Below are positions 10,005-17,575 of a DNA stretch of 64,000 nucleotides, piece after piece (the first letter of the stretch is position 1; each line of letters opens with the position of its first letter). The position numbers were made by a program, and so were the translations under genes. Under the pieces are notes generated by a model that saw only the letters and a program-made list of their open reading frames with translations, had not been told where the DNA came from and searched no databases. Source of the DNA: an uncultured SAR86 cluster bacterium (GTDB lineage: Bacteria > Pseudomonadota > Gammaproteobacteria > Magnimaribacterales > D2472); the NCBI GenBank assembly GCA_902513515.1, contig CABXNE010000002.1:5023-69022 (forward strand), in the 5' to 3' direction.

Positions 10005-11086
10005 TAGCCATTCTCCAAGGTAGTAAGTTTTTTAATTTCAACATTTGGTATTGGATGCGTTGTTGCTCCAATCCACCTCAGGAGCATAGCTCCGTTATTG
10101 CGACCTTCAGTTATAAGGTTATTTTTTAAATTAACAGGTAAATGACTAACATTAATAGTGATGGTTTTATCACTATTGAGACTGGCAGAAGATTCATTAA
10201 TGTGAATAGGGTAATGTCGATAGTCTAGTGACTCCATCCAATAATTTTCTAATTGAAAATTCCAATACTCACAATCAGGTATGTCGGTTGTGATTTCCAT
10301 AAACTCATTTTCATCAAAGTCATAATAACCATGAAGGTAGCAAATTTTTGGATCACCGCCAGCCGCTTGAAAAAAAGTTTGATCACCTAATGGTAATTGA
10401 TTTCTATGATTATCTTTAAATTCATGAACCCACTTCAAGAAAGTTGATGCGGTTCCACTGACAAAAGCAAGAGACTGATTTAACTGACTTTCAAGTTTTA
10501 TTGGTGTTAAAAGTTCCGGACTCGCAATTGAGTTGGTAGTTTTTATATTAATTGTTGCATGAGTTTGAGAGATTCTATTTTTATAGGTTTGCCTAACAAT
10601 TAACATATTTGCATTTTCAGGAAGCGATAAAAAATTTTTAGAATTAGTTTCCCCACCAAGATATAAAATAAAATCTCCTGAACTATCAACCGTCATATCC
10701 CTCATATCAATCTCTCCTAGAGAGACCATCGTTCCATCTTTGCTGTATCTATTTTCTTTCAACCCAAAGCTTAAATAGTCTGACTGACCAATATTGCCAT
10801 ACACCTCATAGGTTTGATTTCCATCTATGTTTGCATTTAAGTAAATATTATCTGGGTTATCTGCACCAATTTTTGCTGTTTCATGAGAGAGATTGTAAAA
10901 AGAGGGCGTAGAAGGATTCGAATGCTCCATATTCATCTCCAAAGATAAGCGCATCAACCGCAATAGGTACCTATATCCTTCAGCTTGGTCTGTTTCGCTC
11001 AGAGTAGATTCAGCTTCAATAATTGATCCAACCTCCTTTAGGTTTTCACAAAAAGCATCCCATTTTTCTTTAAATAAATCAGCCAT
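10004..11086 (-). CDS. conserved hypothetical protein (weak, unverified resemblance to DUF1214-type proteins)
   Basis: Long uninterrupted 360-aa ORF with no clashing ORF, translationally coupled to the sulfotransferase. GADNPDNIYL...YEVYG reminded me of DUF1214 proteins, but I cannot verify this. Confidence 0.45.
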   Translation of the reverse strand: MADLFKEKWDAFCENLKEVGSIIEAESTLSETDQAEGYRYLLRLMRLSLEMNMEHSNPSTPSFYNLSHETAKIGADNPDNIYLNANIDGNQTYEVYGNIGQSDYLSFGLKENRYSKDGTMVSLGEIDMRDMTVDSSGDFILYLGGETNSKNFLSLPENANMLIVRQTYKNRISQTHATINIKTTNSIASPELLTPIKLESQLNQSLAFVSGTASTFLKWVHEFKDNHRNQLPLGDQTFFQAAGGDPKICYLHGYYDFDENEFMEITTDIPDCEYWNFQLENYWMESLDYRHYPIHINESSASLNSDKTITINVSHLPVNLKNNLITEGRNNGAMLLRWIGATTHPIPNVEIKKLTTLENG

Positions 11087-11153
11087 ATTTTTTCTTTTTA
11101 ATTGATTAAATTTATATTAAGGTTGATGTTTAATCAATGAATAGACAAATACA

Positions 11154-12224
11154 ATGCCAAAGCCACAAGAGAGAGATTTAGAGCAAACTAAGGTTGTTTT
11201 TACCACTTGGCTTGAGACGCAATTAGATGAGGCTACTAACCTAAAAGTTGAATTGTTAGGAGGTCCTGAGAATACAGGCTTCTCAAATGAGACATTAAGT
11301 TTTAATGTTTCCTATATTTTAGATGACGTTAATATTAAAACTGGGATGGTTCTTAGATTCTATCCAGAAGGTTTCTTTGTATTTCCTGATTACGATATTC
11401 ACAAACAATTTTTGATTATGCAAAAACTTGCTGGTCATGATATTAAAGTTCCTAAAGTTTTATGGTACGAGCCTAGCGAAGAAATTTTTGGCACGTCATT
11501 TTATGTGATGGAAATGGCCAGCGGAGATGCTCCTTCTGATAATCCTCCATTTCATCAAGAGGGATGGGTTGCTGATTCCCCCGAAGATGTTAGAGAGAGA
11601 ATATGGTGGGGCTGGGTTGAGCAGATGGCTAAAATTCATCAAGTTGACACATCGAACGGAGATTTTGAATTTCTTGACAGACCAAAACTTGCAGAAGACT
11701 ATCTTGATCAAGAATTAAATTATTACTTTAATTTTCATGATTGGGCCATGGATGGCGAAGCTCATCCTGTTGCCGATCAAGCACGTGAATGGCTCAAGGC
11801 GAATAAACCAAAACCAGCTCAATCTTCTATTCTTTGGGGAGATTGTAGGTGTGCAAATATTATGTATGACCCTGATGGAAAAGTTTCAGCTGTTTTAGAT
11901 TGGGAGATGGCGGCACTTGGAGATCCTTGTATGGATCTTGCTTGGGGGATAGCTATTGATGATTGCAATTCAAAAGGCGTTAATGTGGAAAGGTTAAGTG
12001 GATTTCCTGGACCGGTAGCGACTATTGCTAAATGGGAGGCTCTAACTGGATTTAGCGCAGATGATTTTGATTACTATTATATTTTGGCGTTATATAAATT
12101 TACCGTAATCATGGTTAAAGTTGTTAGAAAACTGGAACATTACGAAATCATGCCTATGGGGATGAATGCCCACATCAATAATCATGTAACACCCATGCTT
12201 GAGGCAAAGCTTAAGGAACTATAA
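11154..12224 (+). CDS. phosphotransferase-family (APH/choline-kinase-like) protein
   Basis: Kinase-like catalytic region LWGDCRCANIMYD and DWEMAALGDPCMDLAW (Brenner/APH motifs). This family often accompanies acyl-CoA dehydrogenase clusters. Confidence 0.75.
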   Translation: MPKPQERDLEQTKVVFTTWLETQLDEATNLKVELLGGPENTGFSNETLSFNVSYILDDVNIKTGMVLRFYPEGFFVFPDYDIHKQFLIMQKLAGHDIKVPKVLWYEPSEEIFGTSFYVMEMASGDAPSDNPPFHQEGWVADSPEDVRERIWWGWVEQMAKIHQVDTSNGDFEFLDRPKLAEDYLDQELNYYFNFHDWAMDGEAHPVADQAREWLKANKPKPAQSSILWGDCRCANIMYDPDGKVSAVLDWEMAALGDPCMDLAWGIAIDDCNSKGVNVERLSGFPGPVATIAKWEALTGFSADDFDYYYILALYKFTVIMVKVVRKLEHYEIMPMGMNAHINNHVTPMLEAKLKEL

Positions 12225-12226
12225 AA

Positions 12227-13753
12227 ATGGCTATTTTTTCTATCTCTCATTCTGATACTGGTAAAAAAATATTAAGTTTAAACAGTCCTGTTGATCTTTC
12301 TCACATTGACACTTATGAATGCACATCTCCTGAAGAGATTGCAACCATAATGACCCAAGCTAAAGTTGCTCAAAGTGAATGGAAGAAAACAACCTTAAAA
12401 GAAAGAGTTGAATTAATGCACAGAGTTGCTGATGTTGTAATGCAACAACAAGATAGAATCATGGATGTGGTTATGAGAGAAACTGGCAAACCAGAACAAG
12501 AAGCCATGTCTATGGAGGTCTTTTCAGCGATAGATTCCTTGGTGTTTTACGCTAAGAGAGCTCATAAGTGGCTAGCAGATAAAAAAATTAAGATGCATGG
12601 TCCTATGCAGTTTCTTAAAAAAACAATAATCACATACAAGCCAAGAGGGGTAGTAGCTGTAATCACTCCTTGGAATGGCCCATTTATACTTTCCATCAAC
12701 CCAGTCATTCAAGCCATTCTTTGTGGAAACAGCGTAGTGGTAAAGCCATCTGAGGTTACGCCTATGTCTGGAGCATTGGTCCAGGAGATTTTTGCATTAG
12801 CAGAAGCTCCCCAACATTTAATTCAGACTGTGATTGGAGATGGAGAGACGGGCGCTGAATTAATTGATCAGGGCCCAGATAAAGTGTCCTTTACAGGCAG
12901 TGTTGCTACCGGAAAGAAGATTGCTGCAAAGTGTGGTGAAATGCTCATTCCTTATAGCCTCGAATTGGGGGGCAAAGATGCCATGATTGTTTGCTCTGAT
13001 GCAGACATTAAAGATGCTGCAAGTGGAGCAGTTGTTGGTTCATGTATGAATGCTGGCCAGTATTGCTGTGGCACTGAGAGAATTTATGTCATGGATGATG
13101 TTTATGATGAGTTCGTTGATGAAGTTGTCAGCATCACTCAGTCACTCATTCAATCAAATGATTGTAAAGGTGATGTGGGCGCTACATTTTGGGATAAGCA
13201 AATAAACATAATCGAGGATCATGTTAATGATGCTGTTGCTAAAGGAGCCAAGGTATTGGTTGGAGGCAAGAGAAATCCAAATTTTAAAGGTTTATATTTC
13301 GAACCAACAGTTCTTGTTGAAGTTACACATGAAATGAAAATCATGAAAGATGAAACTTTTGGACCAATTATTTCCATTATGAAAGTTCAATCAGAGGATG
13401 AGGCATTAATTTTAGCTAACCAATCTCATTATGGTTTAAATGGAAATGTTTGGACCAAGGATTTAAAAAAAGGTCAAAGATTAGCGAAATCAATTGATAC
13501 AGGAGCCTGTTCTGTTAATGACATGGCAATGAGCTACGGAGTAAATGAAGTCCCATTTGGTGGTGTAAAAGAAAGCGGCTTGGGCGTGGTTAATGGAAAG
13601 GAGGGCTTATTAGCATATGCCCATCCAATGCCAATCATTATTGGTAAGAAATCTGCCTCTGCTTACCCCTATACAGATAAATCATTTGAGCAACTTAAAG
13701 GTGCTTTAAAAATATTTTGGGGTAATAGGCTAGTAAGAAAATTATTTGGTTAA
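12227..13753 (+). CDS. NAD(P)+-dependent aldehyde dehydrogenase
   Basis: FTGSVATGKKI, catalytic-Glu motif LELGGKDA, catalytic Cys context GQYCCGTERIYV, and EETFGP-like DETFGP. Confidence 0.9.
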   Translation: MAIFSISHSDTGKKILSLNSPVDLSHIDTYECTSPEEIATIMTQAKVAQSEWKKTTLKERVELMHRVADVVMQQQDRIMDVVMRETGKPEQEAMSMEVFSAIDSLVFYAKRAHKWLADKKIKMHGPMQFLKKTIITYKPRGVVAVITPWNGPFILSINPVIQAILCGNSVVVKPSEVTPMSGALVQEIFALAEAPQHLIQTVIGDGETGAELIDQGPDKVSFTGSVATGKKIAAKCGEMLIPYSLELGGKDAMIVCSDADIKDAASGAVVGSCMNAGQYCCGTERIYVMDDVYDEFVDEVVSITQSLIQSNDCKGDVGATFWDKQINIIEDHVNDAVAKGAKVLVGGKRNPNFKGLYFEPTVLVEVTHEMKIMKDETFGPIISIMKVQSEDEALILANQSHYGLNGNVWTKDLKKGQRLAKSIDTGACSVNDMAMSYGVNEVPFGGVKESGLGVVNGKEGLLAYAHPMPIIIGKKSASAYPYTDKSFEQLKGALKIFWGNRLVRKLFG

Positions 13754-13755
13754 GC

Positions 13756-14520
13756 TTACTTAGGTTTAGCAACCTCTAAGTAACTAGGTTTTTCACCACC
13801 ACCATGTACTTCAAGGGCTGCACCAGTAATCCAATTCGCTAAATCTGAAGCAAAAAACATGCAAGCATTTGCAATATCTTCAGGTTTTCCCATTCTTTTC
13901 ATTGGAATGGTTTTAGCAACTTTATTTATTTCTTTTTTACTCCCGTAATGCACTATCGAATTTTCTGTTTCTATGTAACCTACAATTATAGAATTCACTT
14001 TAATTTTTGGAGCCCATTCAACTGCCAAGGTCTTCGTTAGATTTACAAGACCACCTTTGGCTGCACCATAAGCGGCACTTCCCGGCGTTGGTCTGGTTGC
14101 TGTAACGCTAGATATATTAATAATGTTTGAAACTGTCTTTTGTTTCATCATAATTCTTGCAAATCTTTGACTTACGTTTAGTGGAGCAGATAAATTAAAA
14201 TCGATGATGGCTTCATGAAATTTATTGGATACGTTTAAGGCATTGGCCATTGGAGCCCCACCAGCATTATTAATTAGAACATCTATTGATTTTGAGAGAT
14301 TCTTAATTTCTTTTGTTGCATTGTCTAGAGAATCAATGTTTCTAATATCACATTCAATAAAAACAGCTTTATTACCTTTCGCTTGGATAATTCTTTTCGG
14401 TTTTTGTCTTGCAAGGATATAGACATTAGTATTTTGTTTTAAAAAAGATTTTACAATCTCTATACCTATGCCTTTTGTGCCGCCGGTTACCACAATTGAT
14501 TTATTTTTTAAATTTATCAT
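13756..14520 (-). CDS. short-chain dehydrogenase/reductase (SDR)
   Basis: VTGGTKGIG, NNAG, and YGAAKGG (YxxxK). Confidence 0.9.
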   Translation of the reverse strand: MINLKNKSIVVTGGTKGIGIEIVKSFLKQNTNVYILARQKPKRIIQAKGNKAVFIECDIRNIDSLDNATKEIKNLSKSIDVLINNAGGAPMANALNVSNKFHEAIIDFNLSAPLNVSQRFARIMMKQKTVSNIINISSVTATRPTPGSAAYGAAKGGLVNLTKTLAVEWAPKIKVNSIIVGYIETENSIVHYGSKKEINKVAKTIPMKRMGKPEDIANACMFFASDLANWITGAALEVHGGGEKPSYLEVAKPK

Positions 14521-14663
14521 TTTTAGTACTTTTTCAAATTTAGTCTATTTAATTATAGAGTATGTATGATTGATTTATATTGACAAATTTATTCTTACAG
14601 TTACCCATTGATTGGTTGCTGAATTTGTATAATATTTATTACATATTATTCGGGAGGTATTGA

Positions 14664-15296
14664 ATGAAGATAGCTATTCTGGGCGGGACAGGGTCTTTGG
14701 GTAAAGGATTGGGTTCAAGATGGATTAAAGCGGGTCATGAAGTTTTTATTGGGAGTCGTGACTTATTAAAAGCTAAAGATATTGCTGTGCAATTAGGTCT
14801 TGATAGCTCATCTGGAATGCTAAACATTGATGCGGCTAAATCTTGTGAACTTGCATGTTTAACAGTGCCATTTGCTCATCAAGAATCAACTCTTTTAAGC
14901 ATTGAGAACGCTTTGCATAACAAAATTATGGTTGATGCAACTGTTCCCCTTATGCCTCCAAAAGTAATGAGGGTTCAATTACCTGAAGCGGGCTCAGCAG
15001 CATTAAATGCCCAATCAATTCTGGGTGAACATACTACTGTAATATCAGCCTTTCAAAATATTTCTGCTGAATTGCTTCAAACTGATGCAAACATTGATTG
15101 TGATGTATTGGTTGCTGGAGATCTTGTTGATGCAAGAAATACGGTTATTGGCTTAGCATCTGATGCTGGTCTTACTGGATGGCATGCTGGACCACTCTGT
15201 AATTCTGTTGCAGCAGAAGCATTAACCTCAATACTTATTGCAATTAATAAAAAACACTCACTTGCCCATTCAGGTATTAAGATCACAGGCCACTAA
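14664..15296 (+). CDS. fno: NADPH-dependent F420 reductase (F420H2:NADP+ oxidoreductase, Fno/NpdG family)
   Basis: 210 aa. The N-terminal MKIAILGGTGSLGKGLGSRWIKAGHEVFIGSRD is the characteristic Fno/NpdG dinucleotide fold. A strong SD (gggagg) precedes the ATG. It is the first gene of the cof cluster. Confidence 0.8.
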   Translation: MKIAILGGTGSLGKGLGSRWIKAGHEVFIGSRDLLKAKDIAVQLGLDSSSGMLNIDAAKSCELACLTVPFAHQESTLLSIENALHNKIMVDATVPLMPPKVMRVQLPEAGSAALNAQSILGEHTTVISAFQNISAELLQTDANIDCDVLVAGDLVDARNTVIGLASDAGLTGWHAGPLCNSVAAEALTSILIAINKKHSLAHSGIKITGH

Positions 15297-15311
15297 AAAA
15301 AGAGAAATATC

Positions 15312-16073
15312 ATTAGTTCTATAGACCTCATAGCATTAGAGACATTACCCCTTATCCAACCTGGACAAGATTTGTCTAAAGAAATTATTAATGGGATAGA
15401 ATCTGAATCAATTAAAATTGATGATGGAGATGTAATAGCAGTTGCACAAAAAATTATTTCTAAGTCAGAAAATAGATATCTAGATATTTCACAGCTTAGC
15501 CCTTCAGAGGAGGCATTAACTTTATCAAGAATAATTGATAAAGATCCAAAGTTTATTCAAGCAATCCTAAATGAATCAAAGAAGGTAGTTCGCTACAGAA
15601 TGGGAGTATTAATAGTTGAGCACAAGTTAGGATTTATTCATGCGAACGCTGGAATTGACAGGTCTAATACAGATCAAGAAAAAGACATCGTATTATTATT
15701 GCCAGAAAATCCAGACAATTCAGCAAAGATGATTTCAGAATCTTTATCTCAACATTTTCAAAAAAATATATCTGTAATTATTACCGATACCATGGGAAGG
15801 CCTTTTAGAAATGGAATAGTGGGTTTTACTATAGGCAGCCATAATATTGAATGCCTATTGGATGAACGTGGAAAAAATGATCTATTTGGTAATAAACTTA
15901 AAGTTACCCAAATTGGTATTGCTGATGAGTTAGCAGCTGCCGCATCATTGTTAATGGGTCAAGCTGCTCAAAAAAAACCTGTTGTGTTGATCAAAGGTTA
16001 TAAATTTAATCAAAATAATCTTAGTGACTCTCAATCATTAATTCGTAGCGAAGAAGAGGATCTATTCAGATGA
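15312..16073 (+). CDS. cofE: F420-0:gamma-glutamyl ligase CofE (single-domain form); start codon uncertain
   Basis: HANAGIDRSN and ITDTMGRPFRNG are CofE/F420-ligase signatures. The conserved N-terminal strand-loop (IDLIALETLPLIQPGQDL) lies upstream of the track's TTG (15372). That region has no ATG/GTG/TTG, so the ATT at 15312 (or ATC at 15309) is used provisionally. Confidence 0.85.
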   Translation: MSSIDLIALETLPLIQPGQDLSKEIINGIESESIKIDDGDVIAVAQKIISKSENRYLDISQLSPSEEALTLSRIIDKDPKFIQAILNESKKVVRYRMGVLIVEHKLGFIHANAGIDRSNTDQEKDIVLLLPENPDNSAKMISESLSQHFQKNISVIITDTMGRPFRNGIVGFTIGSHNIECLLDERGKNDLFGNKLKVTQIGIADELAAAASLLMGQAAQKKPVVLIKGYKFNQNNLSDSQSLIRSEEEDLFR

Positions 16074-16999
16074 AAAATTATCTTTTACTATGTGGAGGAG
16101 TTGGAGGAGCTAAACTTGCGTTAGGATTTAAAAATTCAATCGATGCAGATAACTTAACCATTGCTGTCAATACTGGAGATGATTTTACTCATCTTGACCT
16201 TAAAATTTGTCCCGATCTTGATACTGTGATGTATACCCTTGCTGGTGAATCAGATCTATCTAAGGGTTGGGGTAGAAAAGATGAATCATGGAATATGCTT
16301 TCAGCATTAGGCGCCATGAAGGGGGAAACTTGGTTTCAACTTGGAGACAAAGATTTAGCAACTCATATCCAAAGAACAAATTTAATTAAATCTGGCCAAT
16401 CTTTAACTCAAGCAACTCATAATTTATGTGAGTCATTTAATCTTCCAAAGTATATTTTTCCAATGAGCAATCAACCTGTTGAGACCTATATTCAAACAAA
16501 AAATAGGTTGATTTCATTTCAAGAGTATTTTGTAAAATTGAAATGCGAGCCACCAGTAACTGATTTTGTTTTTAAGGGGCTTGATAAAGCTGAATTTAAT
16601 CAAGATATAGATTTATCAAATTTTGATGAAATTATTGTCTGCCCATCTAATCCTTATGTAAGTATAAACCCAATGCTTCAGTTATCGTCTCTGAAAAATT
16701 ATTTACAGGATTTTCCAGAAAAAGTTAGTGTTATAAGTCCTATCGTTAATGCACAATCATTGAAAGGTCCGACTGCAAAAATGATGAATGAGCTTGGTTA
16801 TGAAGTAAGTGTTATTACAATTGCTAAGTTTTATAAAACTTATTCTAAAAGAATTTTTATAGATTCATTAGATTTGAATGAGTCTAGTAAGTTAAATGAA
16901 TTAGGATATGAAGTGCATAATAATAATTTAATCATGAATAGCACTAACTCAAAAAATGCACTCGCCAAGGCAATAATTCACCAGCTTGAATCAAAATAA
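16070..16999 (+). CDS. cofD: 2-phospho-L-lactate (LPPG):FO transferase CofD
   Basis: N-terminal LCGGVGGAKLALG plus NTGDDF...LDLKICPDLDTVMYTLAG match the CofD family. ATGA overlap with cofE. Confidence 0.9.
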   Translation: MKNYLLLCGGVGGAKLALGFKNSIDADNLTIAVNTGDDFTHLDLKICPDLDTVMYTLAGESDLSKGWGRKDESWNMLSALGAMKGETWFQLGDKDLATHIQRTNLIKSGQSLTQATHNLCESFNLPKYIFPMSNQPVETYIQTKNRLISFQEYFVKLKCEPPVTDFVFKGLDKAEFNQDIDLSNFDEIIVCPSNPYVSINPMLQLSSLKNYLQDFPEKVSVISPIVNAQSLKGPTAKMMNELGYEVSVITIAKFYKTYSKRIFIDSLDLNESSKLNELGYEVHNNNLIMNSTNSKNALAKAIIHQLESK

Positions 17000-17575
17000 A
17001 TGAATGTATCTGCATTTATACCGATTAAAAAATTTTCAACTTCAAAGAAGCGACTATCAAATATTGTTAGTTCATCTGAGCGAGAGAATCTAGCTGTCTT
17101 AATGGCAACGAAAACAATAGATACTTTATTTAATTCTAAGATATGCAACTCAATAACAGTTGTTACAAATGATAAAAATTTACATTTAAATAATTCAAAG
17201 TCATATTTTACAAAATCATTATTGAATGAAGGTTTAAATGAGGCTATAAATTCTCATGCTAAAAATGACATTATTTTAATCATGCATGCCGATCTTCCGA
17301 GAATTAATGAATTAGATCTTCAGGAGCTAACAAAAATTTTTGATGTCAAAAAAGTTAGCATTATTTCAGATCTTTTAAAGCAAGGAACAAATTGCTTAAT
17401 GTTTAATTCGTCGGTCAATTTCAAGCTTAAATTTGGTATAGATAGCTACAATCTTTTTATAAATGAATTCAAAAATAATGAAATAAATTATCAAGATGTT
17501 TGCATAGAAAGCCTTCAGGATGACCTTGACTCCGAGGAAGATTACTTCAAACTAATTAAATATATTGAGAGTTAG
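17000..17575 (+). CDS. cofC: phospho-lactate/phosphoenolpyruvate guanylyltransferase CofC/FbiD
   Basis: N-terminal AFIPIKKFSTSKKRLS (family pattern iPvK...aKsRL), about 190 aa, positioned between cofD and fbiC. Confidence 0.7.
   Translation: MNVSAFIPIKKFSTSKKRLSNIVSSSERENLAVLMATKTIDTLFNSKICNSITVVTNDKNLHLNNSKSYFTKSLLNEGLNEAINSHAKNDIILIMHADLPRINELDLQELTKIFDVKKVSIISDLLKQGTNCLMFNSSVNFKLKFGIDSYNLFINEFKNNEINYQDVCIESLQDDLDSEEDYFKLIKYIES

Noticed and set aside
14580-14632. Candidate sigma-70 promoter for the F420 operon (TTGACA at 14580-14585; TATAAT near 14623-14628)
   Set aside because: The TTGACA lacks a properly spaced -10, and the TATAAT lacks a properly spaced -35. In this AT-rich spacer I cannot distinguish a real promoter from chance hexamers, so it is not listed as a feature.
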